This document shows positions 1 to 11,584 of a stretch of 64,000 nt of DNA, piece after piece. Under the pieces are notes generated by a model. That model saw nothing but the letters and a program-made list of their open reading frames with translations. It did no database searches and had not been told where the DNA came from. The position numbers were made by a program, and so were the translations under genes. The first letter of the stretch is position 1. The number at the start of each line of letters is the position of its first letter. The DNA is from a virus, in IMG/VR virus record IMGVR_UViG_3300045988_112172. One strand, written 5' to 3'.

Positions 1-2
1 CT

Positions 3-212
3 TTGGATCCGGGTAATGATGAGTATGCGGATTACTGGAATAACATTCACCAGAAGTGTCCTCAGTACTTCTTTGTAAAATACGTGAAGGAGGCTGTTCA
101 AGAGCGTCTTGATCAGATGAGGGATCCGTATATGAGAGGAATAAATATCATGCCCAACATGAATGACAAGTTTAGTAAGTTGAACGATTTTTTGCAAAAA
201 ATTTATGGCTGA
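3..212 (+). CDS. C-terminal fragment (69 aa) of a gene continuing upstream of the window; product unknown
   Basis: ORF open to the window edge, same strand as the structural block and abutting the next gene (stop overlaps the start at 205). Confidence 0.45.
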   Translation: MDPGNDEYADYWNNIHQKCPQYFFVKYVKEAVQERLDQMRDPYMRGINIMPNMNDKFSKLNDFLQKIYG

Positions 213-3200
213 TAATAACATAGATAGATATAATCCTGCTGCTAAAACCACTTACGAAGATGTGGCAAGGCAAAGGAAATTAGCCGAAGAAGAGAATTAC
301 ACTCCGGCTACATTACCAGAGACGACAACGCCTCTGGTTCCTAATTATATGCCTGGTGAAGGTGTGTATGCCCAACCTAAATTTCCGGATTACGCATCAA
401 GGATAGCTGCTGCCGAATACGAAGAACCGTATATAGCCAAGGAGATAAGCAACAGCTACTCGGAGGCACTGGCTCGTAACAGCTACAGGGGGGCTACACC
501 TGCCCCTCCGCCTCTTAATCCCTATGGACCGAAGGTAAGTATCCGTGAAAGTCATCAGATGGGTAATGATGGGGTATGGCGTACAAAATACCCCAACTAT
601 ATTCCGGGTATAAACAATGAGGATTATTATGCCAGAAGACAGAGCGGATGGAGTAAGTTTTGGAATGGTGTAGGTAAATTCGCTTTAAAGTCTGCATTGT
701 ATGGTGCTCAAGGAGTTGTGTCATTGCCTGACAAACTTATCAATATGGCATCTGAGGGAAGTTATAAAGCTGCGTTAAACACTAACATGGATAAGTTCGT
801 AGGTGATCTTGACCAGCAAATAGACATGCTTCTTCCCCATTATTACAAAAAAGAGGTAGAAGATTATAATTTCGGCCAGAAGCTTTTTAAGGATACCGGT
901 AATTTCTTGTGGAATGACGTCCTTGGTAATGGTATGTCTTTTACCGTAGGAGCCATGATATCAGCGTACATGACCGGAGGACTTGGAGTTGGTTCATTAG
1001 GAAACATAGGCGCTAAATTAGGTGGAAGAATAGGGGCTAAGTTGGCAGCAAGGCAAGCTGCCAATAGGGGCATAGGAAACCTTAAAAGTGTGTTTAATGA
1101 CTATGTGAGAAAAGGGGTTGCTACTGGAAGGAATGTAGGAGAGGCGGCTAAGACCTTAACGTTGTTAGCTACCAGTGCCGGATTCGAGTCATCGGTTGAA
1201 GCAAATTCCTTCATGAAACAATCCGAGTCCGATTTCAAGGATTATTATCGTAAGATTTATGGTCGTGATCCCAATGCAGAGGAAATGGCTGTTTTTCGTA
1301 ATTCTAATGCTGATGTAGGTAGTGCTATATTTGCCGCCAATATAGGTATCGTAGGATTATCCAACTGGCTTCTTTTTGGTAAGTATATAGGGTTAGGAGG
1401 CAAGGCTATACCTGGGTTGGAAAAGAAGCTCAACAAGCATTTATTTGGATTAGGAACGGAAGTTGCGAAACCAGGAGAGATGGCTATTAAAATAACCAAT
1501 CCCAATATAGGACAGAAGATAGCAGGCAATGTTTTCAATATCATGAAAAGACCGGTATCTGAGGGTCTGTGGGAAGAAGGGTCTCAAGGTGCTGTCCAGA
1601 ATACGGCTGAAGAATATGTTAAGTCAAGATATGATAATGTCGCCATGAACGGAGCCGTTGATGTTCTTGATGCTATTTCTGAAGGATTTAAAAAACAATA
1701 TACGTCTAAAGAAGGATGGACTGAAATAGGAATCGGTGCTATTATCGGTTCTTTGTTCGGTATGAGGGAAGGCTTCTTTGGAGTGAAAGAGTATAGTAAC
1801 AATCAGATATTGCTGGAAAGGCAAGTAAATGAATATAACAAAGCATCTTCTAATCTTAATACGGCGGCTTTGAATACGTTGAAAAAGTCAATGAGTTTAG
1901 GGCCTCAAGTTCGTTCCGATGCTCAGTCTATGACCGGCAAGGAGCTTGATGATGCAATGTTTGAAAAGATGTCTATTGACAACCAAATGGGAACCTTAGA
2001 GGATTCGGCTGAAAATTTCAGGCAGATGGTTGATATGATGCCTATTTCGGAAATAGCCGAAGCCAACGGAATGTCTTTGGAAGAGGCAAAGAAATACAAG
2101 GATTCTATTATTGATAATTATAATAATCGTCTTTCTGATTTCAGATCTGCTCAGGGTTTTGCCGAAGATCTTATAGGTGATGACTCTAAGATCGAATTTA
2201 GAAAATACGTAGCTCGTAATGCCTTCCTTGGCCTTCAATCAGAATCAAGGATGAAAGACATAGCTTCTGTCATAGAAACTCTTTCGGGGCAGCCTCGCGT
2301 GGCGGATGCGCTAAGTACGTTTTCCCGGCTGTCGGACAGAGCAAGGGAGCGGGCTATGGCTATTCGTGGCATACGGTCAAGGATAGAAGAGCTTGAATCC
2401 GAAATAGAAGATCTTGCTACTCGTCCTCGTAACGTAGATGGAAAAGACCCACAAGCTGAATCCATACAACGAAAAACCAAAGAATTGGAAGATCTTAGAA
2501 CCAATTACAATAATTCGTTGTCTGAGTTATCAACGTTAATAGGAAAAGAGTTTTCGATAGAAGAGTTGGTAAGTAAAACCGAATCTGTTTTATCATCTCC
2601 TCTTTCTCCCATAAGTTCACAAGATGTGATAGAAGCCTATGATACGCTTGTGGCTTTTGATGATTATTTTAATGTAAAATCAAGACAGGAAAAGAAGTTT
2701 ACAGCCAAAGACAAAGCCATGAGATCCTTGGTAAATGAATACCGAAGGAGTTTGATGGACTATAGGAATATGAATAACTTCTTGTCTAAGATGCTTGATA
2801 AAAGATTCTTAGCTGAGGAAAACAGGGGATTTTCAAAAGCACTGTCTTCTCTGTGGTCTACTCCTTATAAAGGGGATGACAAGGTTCCTGATTTTGCAGA
2901 GCCTAATAAAGTTGGTGAATATGACACTGATGAGGTAGTAGATCAAGCTGTGTCAGAAGGTAAGATCTCGGAAGACGAAGCTTGGACTATCAAGGCTTTT
3001 ATGCATGCTCTTGATAAAGTAAGGGAAGATAGGATGAAGGAAGCAGAAGATGATATAAAAGAGTCACCGCTTACGGAGTCTGTATCGGATGAAGATTATG
3101 AGGCTGCTATGGATAATCCTATTATGGTTCCGGTCGTAAGGCAGTCTATAATTGATAAACTATATACAGGTAATGCCGACCTTCTTACTGCGAGAGAAAA

Positions 3201-6200
3201 AGATGTGTATGATAAATACAAACAAGATTTTGATGATTATGTATCGTCTTTGGGTGACAGTCCCGTTAATCTCATAAAATCATTATCTGAAAAGGCTGAC
3301 AGGCTTACAAGTCCGAGATCTGTGTATGAGGATAATAAAGCTATTATTGATATGGCTAAATCCAATTTGGAACCAGATCAAAGGAAGGAACTTGATGATG
3401 CTATTTCTTCGTATGTTGATATAATGAACAGACGGGATAAAGGGGAGAAGGTTGACGAAGATAAGCTTGCTGATTCGGTATTTACCATAGAAGACCTTGG
3501 CCAGGTTGGAAACATCACGGATCTCCTTCCTTATATCGAACAGAACAGGATTATTGACAAAGGTCGTATCTCTGAATCTACGTTAAGTAATTTTGGGGAG
3601 GATGATACCAATATAGATTCTCTTGTAAATGAGTTAGATGAATCCGATAATACGCCTGGAGCTAACATAGATAGTGCCCAAAATCCAGAGACGTTGATGG
3701 TTAGAAGAATATCCAACGATGGCAACGAAAGGTATGAAATTGCGGGTCTTAGAGCCGATAAATTTATATCTTCTATAAAATCATTGGTTCCTATTCAAAT
3801 AAGCTCTGAAACGAACGCTAATGGTACTAAAAGGTATTCTCTTAACATAGGTGGAGAAACGGCTACTATAATTGAACTGCCTTATCATGCGAGATGGTCT
3901 ATAGACAAAGAATCGGCTCGTGTTCTTAACCGTTACACAGACGTGTCTATTCAGGACGTGGGTAATTCCTATTCTTTGGTTTATAAGCGTCTTGATTCAG
4001 ATGAATTGGTTCCGTACAGAACGGGTGTCGGATTCGGAGAGAATGAGGTAGATAAAATAGATCAGGAAGCATTATCTTCTTTGAAAAAAGGAGATAAGGT
4101 TAATCTCGAAATAGATGTAAATGATACTTATAATCAGTCTCTTTTTGCCGAATACAATGATGCTGTTCAGTCCGGCGATAAAAAAAGAATAGAATCTGCT
4201 GAGAATAAACTGGTGTCCAATATGGTTATCAAGGTTATGAGTGGGAACAGATTCGTTTCTGTTGTAAAAGCTGATACAGGAGGCATAGATGGTATAAGTA
4301 AAATAAGAAGAACGGCTTTTAACAAGTGGAAGAAGGACGCCGGCCGGTCGGCTACCATCGGCGTCGGCACGCATGTTGTTGCCCAGACCCTTCCCGGAAG
4401 ACCGGTGTTTAACATGAGAGTAAACGGTCAAGGATATGGTCAGGTAGAAAATCTCCCTATTACCGAAAAAGGTGCTGAAAAAGTATCTGATGTTGGATAT
4501 GTATTAAATGGCAAAGTCGTGCTTAAGAACGGATCTAAATACACAGGCTTCCCATTTGCTTATTCTATATTAAATGACAAGGGGAATAATTACAAAAATG
4601 TAAGAGTTCCGGTAGTCGTCATCAAAGGTAAAAACGGTCTTAATTATCTTTTCCCAGTTAGCCTACGTTCTGTAGAATCAGAGGAAGGGCAGAAATGGAT
4701 GTCTTTTATAGATATGCTGCTTGAATCTGGTGATTCTGAATTGCTACAGATGGGTCAAGATGACATACAAGATCTTAATGCGTATCTAACCAAGTTAGGT
4801 CTTGATCCGGCTTCGTATCAAGTATCGTATTTGAATCCTATTTCAGGGCTTAGAAAAGCTCGTGAGGCTATAGAAAAATTATCTACGGTTCCTGATGTTG
4901 TTAAGTGGGTAGAAGATGAAAGCAGGAATGTGAAAGACATTGTGACGTCTGAAGTAGAATCTGGAATAGATTTCGAAGGTGAGATGTTTGTCGCTCCTAA
5001 GATCAGGATTCAGTTTGGCAAATCATCTTCCAGACCTAAATCGCTTATAGAGGATGATCTTCCTTTCTCTGATGAGGGTAAGACCGTTACTTCTAAGGTA
5101 GAAGATGTGGAAGTTTATGAAGAGGAAATGCCAGAGGAAGGGGCTGCCCGGGAGACTCAGCCGGCGCCATTAGCTCAGCCGGCTCCTGCGGCACAAGCTA
5201 CGCAGTCTTTACCTGGCAAGAAGCGTACCTCCAGGAAAAACTTCTCTCTTATGTTAAACGAAATAGAATCTCATATAGAAAAAGAAGGATTGCCGTCTTA
5301 TGCTAATATTTTTGATTTTATAGCAAGGAAGATTGTAGGAGGTGATTTGAGGTTTCTTCGTGAGAGAGGTAATCCTAAAAGCCTTAAGGAGGAAATGGGA
5401 TTAGAACCTAAAGGAACAGTAGGTGATAAAATATCCACTCCTTCCAGTAAAGGTGGTAAGACTTTAGAAGAATACGTTTCTTGGCTTCGTTCTCAAACAG
5501 ATCAGGTGGTGGTTGATTATGTTGGGCCAAGATCTGACGAACAAATTATATCAGAGTTGAAAAACTTTTTGAAATATATTAATTTTATTCCGAGCAAGGC
5601 TTTGAATTATTCTCTTAGAGTCAATGGCATGGATACCCTAAAAGAATATGGCACAAAAGAGGAAGTAGAAAAAATGGAATCTGATATCAATAGTTTGGTT
5701 TCTAAAGTTTTGCCTACGGTGGATAATAAAACTGTAGAAGATGTTTCTACTGCAATAAAATCAAACAACTTGCCTGCCATATGGGAGCCCGTGGAAAGCC
5801 TTGATATGACAAACGAGGAAAAAATAGAGTTTTTGAATAACGTAGCAGATTTCCTTAGCGGCATACCAGAGTATGATGCTGTCGTGGAGTCTATAGAGTC
5901 AGAATCAGATAATATTTTAAATGATGGAAAAGAAGGAAGTGCAGAAGGCGGTGCAGTACGCACTGAGGAAGATGGCGATAAAAAGGGAGATGGAGAAGGC
6001 AAAGGACAATCCAGAACAAATGTCGAAGTTGAAGGAAATGTCGAATTACCTGGATCTACAAAAGGAGAAATAGAAAAAGACGAACCTCGTATATCCGAAG
6101 AACCGCTTACTCACATATCAAGGGTAACATCTCCTTATTTCCTGTACGGCGGTGATGAAGCATATACATCTGTTCCGGCTAAGGTAGAACCTATACCAGA

Positions 6201-6540
6201 GAAGATAATGGGTCGTAATGGCATTAAATTTGGTATGAGTGTAGTCGAGTTAACCAAATTAGGGTACAAAAAAGCTGGTGGAAACTGGATATATAAATTC
6301 TATATGAACCCAGGTGTGTATGATTTGTATAATATCAGTACCGGTGAAGCGTTTAGGGCAAAACCGGATCTTGGAGTTAAGATAAGTTCCAGCGCATTCA
6401 TCCGTTCTTTATCTCAATCTGGTAGAAAAATACAAAATATGATGAGTAACATGAGCCAGGAAGAGATAGATAGGAATAAGAATCTCGTAGAAGGTTCTGA
6501 TAATTCGGATTCGATAAATGAGTTAAATAAAGAGTGTTGA
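205..6540 (+). CDS. giant virion-associated or ejected protein (2111 aa), function unknown
   Basis: Uninterrupted 6.3-kb ORF. It has Gly-rich hydrophobic (glycine-zipper-like) segments around aa 230-290, long predicted helical and coiled regions, and an acidic/Lys-rich low-complexity C-terminal region. Giant proteins of this size are typical of crAss-like or other large podophage cargo and tail modules. I saw no polymerase DxDGD motif. Confidence 0.85.
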   Translation: MADNNIDRYNPAAKTTYEDVARQRKLAEEENYTPATLPETTTPLVPNYMPGEGVYAQPKFPDYASRIAAAEYEEPYIAKEISNSYSEALARNSYRGATPAPPPLNPYGPKVSIRESHQMGNDGVWRTKYPNYIPGINNEDYYARRQSGWSKFWNGVGKFALKSALYGAQGVVSLPDKLINMASEGSYKAALNTNMDKFVGDLDQQIDMLLPHYYKKEVEDYNFGQKLFKDTGNFLWNDVLGNGMSFTVGAMISAYMTGGLGVGSLGNIGAKLGGRIGAKLAARQAANRGIGNLKSVFNDYVRKGVATGRNVGEAAKTLTLLATSAGFESSVEANSFMKQSESDFKDYYRKIYGRDPNAEEMAVFRNSNADVGSAIFAANIGIVGLSNWLLFGKYIGLGGKAIPGLEKKLNKHLFGLGTEVAKPGEMAIKITNPNIGQKIAGNVFNIMKRPVSEGLWEEGSQGAVQNTAEEYVKSRYDNVAMNGAVDVLDAISEGFKKQYTSKEGWTEIGIGAIIGSLFGMREGFFGVKEYSNNQILLERQVNEYNKASSNLNTAALNTLKKSMSLGPQVRSDAQSMTGKELDDAMFEKMSIDNQMGTLEDSAENFRQMVDMMPISEIAEANGMSLEEAKKYKDSIIDNYNNRLSDFRSAQGFAEDLIGDDSKIEFRKYVARNAFLGLQSESRMKDIASVIETLSGQPRVADALSTFSRLSDRARERAMAIRGIRSRIEELESEIEDLATRPRNVDGKDPQAESIQRKTKELEDLRTNYNNSLSELSTLIGKEFSIEELVSKTESVLSSPLSPISSQDVIEAYDTLVAFDDYFNVKSRQEKKFTAKDKAMRSLVNEYRRSLMDYRNMNNFLSKMLDKRFLAEENRGFSKALSSLWSTPYKGDDKVPDFAEPNKVGEYDTDEVVDQAVSEGKISEDEAWTIKAFMHALDKVREDRMKEAEDDIKESPLTESVSDEDYEAAMDNPIMVPVVRQSIIDKLYTGNADLLTAREKDVYDKYKQDFDDYVSSLGDSPVNLIKSLSEKADRLTSPRSVYEDNKAIIDMAKSNLEPDQRKELDDAISSYVDIMNRRDKGEKVDEDKLADSVFTIEDLGQVGNITDLLPYIEQNRIIDKGRISESTLSNFGEDDTNIDSLVNELDESDNTPGANIDSAQNPETLMVRRISNDGNERYEIAGLRADKFISSIKSLVPIQISSETNANGTKRYSLNIGGETATIIELPYHARWSIDKESARVLNRYTDVSIQDVGNSYSLVYKRLDSDELVPYRTGVGFGENEVDKIDQEALSSLKKGDKVNLEIDVNDTYNQSLFAEYNDAVQSGDKKRIESAENKLVSNMVIKVMSGNRFVSVVKADTGGIDGISKIRRTAFNKWKKDAGRSATIGVGTHVVAQTLPGRPVFNMRVNGQGYGQVENLPITEKGAEKVSDVGYVLNGKVVLKNGSKYTGFPFAYSILNDKGNNYKNVRVPVVVIKGKNGLNYLFPVSLRSVESEEGQKWMSFIDMLLESGDSELLQMGQDDIQDLNAYLTKLGLDPASYQVSYLNPISGLRKAREAIEKLSTVPDVVKWVEDESRNVKDIVTSEVESGIDFEGEMFVAPKIRIQFGKSSSRPKSLIEDDLPFSDEGKTVTSKVEDVEVYEEEMPEEGAARETQPAPLAQPAPAAQATQSLPGKKRTSRKNFSLMLNEIESHIEKEGLPSYANIFDFIARKIVGGDLRFLRERGNPKSLKEEMGLEPKGTVGDKISTPSSKGGKTLEEYVSWLRSQTDQVVVDYVGPRSDEQIISELKNFLKYINFIPSKALNYSLRVNGMDTLKEYGTKEEVEKMESDINSLVSKVLPTVDNKTVEDVSTAIKSNNLPAIWEPVESLDMTNEEKIEFLNNVADFLSGIPEYDAVVESIESESDNILNDGKEGSAEGGAVRTEEDGDKKGDGEGKGQSRTNVEVEGNVELPGSTKGEIEKDEPRISEEPLTHISRVTSPYFLYGGDEAYTSVPAKVEPIPEKIMGRNGIKFGMSVVELTKLGYKKAGGNWIYKFYMNPGVYDLYNISTGEAFRAKPDLGVKISSSAFIRSLSQSGRKIQNMMSNMSQEEIDRNKNLVEGSDNSDSINELNKEC

Positions 6541-6579
6541 GTATGAGAAGGAGATTTTTTTAATGCTGCGGATAATTTC

Positions 6580-7074
6580 GTGGGAGGATGTTATAATAAG
6601 TTATCTAATGAAGATATAAAAAGGCTTGGAGGAAAAAGACCTTATGTATGTCAGTTTAATAAAATTCATATACATATAGGGCCTGTATTAAAAGATCATG
6701 ATTCTGATGTTAGTTACATAATGTTTAATAGTAATTGGAATTATGGTGGTTATGATTCTATGGTTTATAATCATAGCAATAATGGTATTTTTATATTAGG
6801 CGAAAATAAAATTGGTAATATAGAAAATCATATACAGGATCTAACATATTGGTACGAATATGATCCAAACATTAATGAAAATTATTGTTATTATTATTAT
6901 GAAGCTGATAATAGTGGAAATGCTATTAAGTTGAATGGTGAGTTTAGTGATGTTAGCACTGTTTTTAACATTCCCAGTTTGAAAGTTACCACTCTTCGTG
7001 ATGGCAGTTTGAGTTTCCCAGAGATTTATATAGAAGGAGTTTGGGATCCGTCATTGTATAAGTCGATTTTATAG
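6580..7074 (+). CDS. hypothetical Asn/Tyr-rich protein (164 aa) in a very AT-rich segment; possible passenger gene adjacent to the IS
   Basis: ORF with markedly lower GC than its neighbours, low-complexity Asn/Tyr-rich composition, lying between the giant gene and the left end of the tnpB element. Confidence 0.4.
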   Translation: MGGCYNKLSNEDIKRLGGKRPYVCQFNKIHIHIGPVLKDHDSDVSYIMFNSNWNYGGYDSMVYNHSNNGIFILGENKIGNIENHIQDLTYWYEYDPNINENYCYYYYEADNSGNAIKLNGEFSDVSTVFNIPSLKVTTLRDGSLSFPEIYIEGVWDPSLYKSIL

Positions 7075-7084
7075 TTAATTTTGC

Positions 7085-8480
7085 AAAAAAGTTAATTATT
7101 ATGATGCAAAATAATATCAAAAATAATTAATTCTATTTCATAATCCAAATGAAATATGTATCTTAGATACATGGTTTGTAAATAGCATTTAATGTATTAA
7201 AAATAATGAGATTAGTATATAAGTTCAACATAGGGCAAAATGAAAATATATCATCTTTGTGTAAGATTAGCAACAACTTGTACAACCAAGCATTGTATAT
7301 TTTCAGAGAAACACTTTCTAAAGAAGATAAGTGGTTATCCTATTTTGAACTTGATGATATCATGAAGAATACCAAGAACTTAGATGGAGACATTAATTAC
7401 AGATTACTAAAGGCGCAATGTTCTCAACAAGTTCTTCGTATTCTTGATAAAAATATTAAAAGTTATTACAAATCGGTCCAAGATTACAAAAAACATCCAA
7501 CTAAGTATAAAGAAAAACCTGGTCTTCCAAATTACAAAAAGAGAGGTTATGAGTTCAATTTGTATTACACGAGTCAGAGTTGCAAAATAAAAGATGGGAA
7601 AATAATCCTATCAAATTCCTCAATATGAGAAGTATTCTGATTTGATAAAAGATTTCAAACAGATTAGAATAAAACCATTAGCATGTGGATATAAAATAGA
7701 AATCATTTATGAGGTAAAAGATGCTGAAGTATCTAAAGGTAGAGAAGAGAAGATTGCTTCAATCGATTTAGGGATTGATAATCTTGCAACTCTTATCAGT
7801 GAAGATTTTACTGTTCTATTTAGTGGTAAATTTGTTAAATCATACAATAAGCTATTCAATAAGACATTAGCTAAATTAAATAGTATCAAAGATTTACAAA
7901 AGATAAAAGGAACAACAAGACGAATAAAGAAATTATATTATGATAGAGAACAGTACATAGAAGATGTCTTTCATAAAATCAGTAGAAAGATAGTTAATTT
8001 ACTTATCGATTCCAAGATAACAAAATTAATTGTAGGCTACAACAAGGGATGGAAAACTGGAGTAAACATGGGAAAAAGGAATAACCAGAAATTCACACAA
8101 ATCCCTTTTGCGAGATTGGTTAGTTACTTAGAATATAAATGTGAATTAGCTGGTATTGAAATAGTTATTCATGAAGAGTCATATACTTCAAAATGTGATT
8201 TTCTTGCATTTGAGAAGATAGGAAAACATGAAAACTATTTAGGAAAGAGGAAGAAACGAGGATTGTTTCAATCCTCGGTAGGAAAACTCATAAATGCAGA
8301 CGTAAATGGAGCATTAAACATTATGAGAAAAGTAGTCGGTGATTCCTGTGAATCAATTCGTAGGATAATCGATAGAGGGTTATTGTTTAACCCGGTGAGG
8401 ATTACGAATGTATTTTGTTAAGAAGGTGCATTCTGAAACTTATAAAGAAATGTAATAAGTTTTATTGAATTTAATATTTT
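7085..8480 (+). mobile_element. IS200/IS605-family (IS1341-like) tnpB-only insertion element, copy 1, degenerate
   Basis: TnpB ORF flanked by AT-rich ends. A perfect subterminal hairpin sits at 7156-7172 (atgtatc tta gatacat), as expected of IS605-family left ends. There is no tnpA. The element lies in an intergenic gap of the structural block. Its boundaries are approximate. Confidence 0.6.
7206..8421 (+). pseudogene. tnpB: tnpB (RuvC-like, IS605 OrfB family), split into two frames (7206-7628 frame 0, 7642-8421 frame 1); zinc finger degenerate
   Basis: The second part has RuvC-I (IDLGIDNLA), a RuvC-II-like segment and a C-terminal NADVNGALNIMRK motif typical of TnpB. The N-terminal part matches the TnpB N-terminal region. 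The junction is not at a homopolymer, and only one Cys remains in the Zn-finger region. Confidence 0.7.
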
Positions 8481-8487
8481 TCATAAC

Positions 8488-10746
8488 ATGGGTGTCAAAT
8501 GTCAGATAGAAAAAAAGGAAAATGAAATAAAACGGGTTAAGGCTCCTAACGGGGAGCCTTCCGTCCTTTACGAAAGTGCTTTAAAAGTATTAGGAAACAG
8601 CGAGCGGGCTCTTCAGGTATGGGCTAAGGCTTACACTCCTGGTTTTTTGTCGTATTACGGTCATTGGAATAATCCGGCTCCAGGGGAGATATTTAATACC
8701 GATCCCAATGGCGAACCTCTTTTAGAAGACGTGCTGTCGTATATGAAGCGTCAGACTTATTTTGCTGATCCTTTAACGGCTCAGGACATTAAGGATGTAA
8801 GGGATTTCCTTTTGTCTACTCATTATTTTTTCAATGCGTCTTCATTGTCTAATGCTATTCTCTTCGATTTTTATGTAGATGGCAGTTTGATACTGAATGA
8901 GCAGAAATTAAGGAGATCCGGTTTGTATGATGAAACAGAGATAAGTCGTATTTTATCCGATCCTTCTGTTTTAAACGAGGTTTTGACTTCCATGAGAAAG
9001 TTAATAGATTCTTCTATTAACGAACATGATAGGGAAAAAGATAATTATTTTATGTCTATTGACTATCAGTATGGTCCTATTGTTTACAAGGAGGGAGTGT
9101 TTAACCAATTTGGTAAAAAGGTACCATATAATCCTTCTGAGCTTTATTATGCTATGCGTAAAACAGTAGCCGGCATAAAAAACTTTTCTGAATTTTCATC
9201 TGCTTTTGAATCGTTGAGAAATTCCTATCCTGAACTGGTTGAGAAATTCGTTTCTGATAAAGAATTTGCCGAATCTATGTTTGATGAGTTCTCATCTACG
9301 AATAAGATTCCGGTAATAAACATAGAAGGGGATGATGTGGTAGAAGGCAAGAGAAGATCCTTGTCTAAGTTACAAGATCTGTCTTATTACAATCCTGGCA
9401 AAATAGAGTTCCTAAGAGCTCGTATATCAGCTTATTTACATAGGGTTAATGCCGACACCGAATCCGATTTAAGAAGCATGATATGGGATATAGAAGAGGC
9501 TTGTACGTGGTTTGGCATAGATATAATAGGGACATCGGAAACTTATGATGGCACAGAAGAATCTTTGAATAAGATAGATAATTTGATGCTGGATCTTGAT
9601 ATTTATGTGGCCAGGCATAATGATGTAAATTATGCTCCAACGCTGGCATCTTCTATAGATGATGTTCTTGGTGATAGCACAGATTATTATTCTGAATTAT
9701 TGCCGGAGTATATGGATAATTTGAATATCGTTTATTCTGAATCCAATATAGACCCAGTAGAAGCGTTTGAGAAACATTCATTGCTTAAGGTAGGAGATAA
9801 TCTATATCAAAGGATCAGCAAAGATGATATTAACGAGATGTATCAAACATCAACAGTGTTAGCCAAGCACAACCTAACTCATTTTTCTACTAAAATATAT
9901 CCTGAATCTTGTTTTAAGAACGGCGTTTTGGATAAAGAGAAAGTACGGAACGTAGATAATAATACGCTCATGGATTCCATTAAAAAATACGTCAGATCGT
10001 TCATGGATTCTCAGAACACAGAGGACATGATAATGACCAGGATGGCGTTTGGGCACCCGGAGGTACTTGACGTTCCTTACGTGGATGTGGATCGGGAGTA
10101 TAGTCGATACATGAACAAAAAACAAGATAGCGAAAACCCATTATCCTTATTCGATTTATACCAATCTTACCTTGACAACAAACTCCATAAAACAAAATTA
10201 TATGATAATGCCTATAAGTATCTTGACTTCAAACCTGGTCCATCTTTGGGCCTTATTTCTGATGATCCTGATATTTTGAAATCAATAGAATTATCTTTAT
10301 CTGGAAAAGACAGGTTGATGTTGTTTGATTATAGCATGACCAGTACCGACCCTTCTTTATCAGAATTGTTTTATTTGGAGAAGTATGACCCTTCGTATGC
10401 CGGGAATGATTTTGAACACTATTTTTACACCAGGCACCCGTATTTGTTAAAAGAAAAATCGGGCCCTAATATCGTAGAGCAAGATGGTGTTATAACAGCC
10501 GAAGGTATTTATGATAATTTTATAAGAGTAGGTAATAAGATATGGTCTAAAGTAAGCGAGAGTAGTTCCGGCTCTATCTACCAAAATCTGACAGGAACCG
10601 AATCAGAGGTGAAATACGATTCTACTCAGAAGGCTAAGACGGTAGAAACCGATTACGCTCCATACCAAAACAGATCTGGCTTGACGCAAGACATGACCGT
10701 AAGCAAGTCTGAATTGGATGATCTTAACAAATTGGAATGCAGGTAA
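8488..10746 (+). CDS. large hypothetical virion or structural-block protein (752 aa)
   Basis: Long uninterrupted ORF, co-oriented with the giant genes and followed by a hairpin terminator. Confidence 0.8.
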   Translation: MGVKCQIEKKENEIKRVKAPNGEPSVLYESALKVLGNSERALQVWAKAYTPGFLSYYGHWNNPAPGEIFNTDPNGEPLLEDVLSYMKRQTYFADPLTAQDIKDVRDFLLSTHYFFNASSLSNAILFDFYVDGSLILNEQKLRRSGLYDETEISRILSDPSVLNEVLTSMRKLIDSSINEHDREKDNYFMSIDYQYGPIVYKEGVFNQFGKKVPYNPSELYYAMRKTVAGIKNFSEFSSAFESLRNSYPELVEKFVSDKEFAESMFDEFSSTNKIPVINIEGDDVVEGKRRSLSKLQDLSYYNPGKIEFLRARISAYLHRVNADTESDLRSMIWDIEEACTWFGIDIIGTSETYDGTEESLNKIDNLMLDLDIYVARHNDVNYAPTLASSIDDVLGDSTDYYSELLPEYMDNLNIVYSESNIDPVEAFEKHSLLKVGDNLYQRISKDDINEMYQTSTVLAKHNLTHFSTKIYPESCFKNGVLDKEKVRNVDNNTLMDSIKKYVRSFMDSQNTEDMIMTRMAFGHPEVLDVPYVDVDREYSRYMNKKQDSENPLSLFDLYQSYLDNKLHKTKLYDNAYKYLDFKPGPSLGLISDDPDILKSIELSLSGKDRLMLFDYSMTSTDPSLSELFYLEKYDPSYAGNDFEHYFYTRHPYLLKEKSGPNIVEQDGVITAEGIYDNFIRVGNKIWSKVSESSSGSIYQNLTGTESEVKYDSTQKAKTVETDYAPYQNRSGLTQDMTVSKSELDDLNKLECR

Positions 10747-10790
10747 TTTTTATATACATATATATAGTTTTTTCATAGTTATAATTTGGG

Positions 10791-10824
10791 AAGTGAGGCT
10801 TGTGAAAGTCTCACTTTTCTTATA
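10791..10824 (+). terminator. rho-independent terminator after the 752-aa gene
   Basis: 7-bp stem aagtgag / ctcactt with a 12-nt loop, followed by ttcttatat. Confidence 0.5.
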
Positions 10825-11356
10825 TATGCACGTATATCAATGACATATAAGAAAAGTTAGATTTTCATTGTTTATGGATTATTTTTGTTAAGTTTGCAAT
10901 ATTAGTTTCAGGAAGGGATTATGGGAATAAGGAAAAAGTAAGAACCGGACGTAACTAATAACAGTAGGAAATGAGAATCAGTACCATCAAACGTAACAAC
11001 AGCATTCATCTTATGTATAAAAACATTATGAATGATTTAGGTCAATTAAGAACTGTAGTTTCAAAATCCTATATTTATAATCTGATACAAAATCAAACCG
11101 GATTAAGTATCAGAACTATATCCCATGTCTTGAATCACACAAAAGAACAGGATACAGATTCTTTGTGAAAACCATACATTTTCATACATTTGTGTGTTCT
11201 TTAGTTTTTAGATTTAAGTTTTTCATGGTATTAGTTTAGATTAGTGTAGATCAGGGTTCGCAGTGATGCGGGCCCTGGTTTATTTTAATTCATATTGTTT
11301 TATTTTAAATCTAATTAATTCATGAATGTCGTACTTTTGTTGAAAAAGTATTCTAT

Positions 11357-11584
11357 ATGGAAAATAAGGAAGATTACGTTGGTTACGAAGATCAAGAGCT
11401 GTGTAACCGGTATTACAAAGAGGCAGAAGCCATGAGGCAAAAGCAGGACTGGCCTCGGCTTAGGGCTGTCCCTGCTCCGGCTAAGGGAACCCCATCGCCC
11501 GGCTGGGGTCAGCTTGGACGTGGAAATGGTGTCCGTGTTAAGTATGTGAGTATCAATTCAGGATTGGGAGGAGATAGGTTATGA
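11357..11584 (+). CDS. small hypothetical protein (75 aa)
   Basis: First of three small ORFs with overlapping stop and start codons (coupled atga junction at 11581). Confidence 0.35.
   Translation: MENKEDYVGYEDQELCNRYYKEAEAMRQKQDWPRLRAVPAPAKGTPSPGWGQLGRGNGVRVKYVSINSGLGGDRL

Noticed and set aside
515-6002. Minus-strand ORFs nested inside the 2111-aa giant gene (for example 515-724, 864-1073, 1257-1544, 4072-4431, 5607-6002); likewise the antisense ORFs inside the second giant gene.
   Set aside because: They lie entirely within, and antisense to, long uninterrupted ORFs. Their composition is odd and they have no independent support, so they are shadow ORFs.
6580-7074. Possibility that the 164-aa ORF next to tnpB copy 1 is an IS200-type TnpA, prompted by the HIH triplet in KIHIHIG.
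   Set aside because: The HuH-like triplet is in the wrong position. No conserved catalytic Tyr context is present. The protein is low-complexity, Asn/Tyr-rich and of very low GC, so it is more likely an unrelated AT-rich passenger or spurious ORF.
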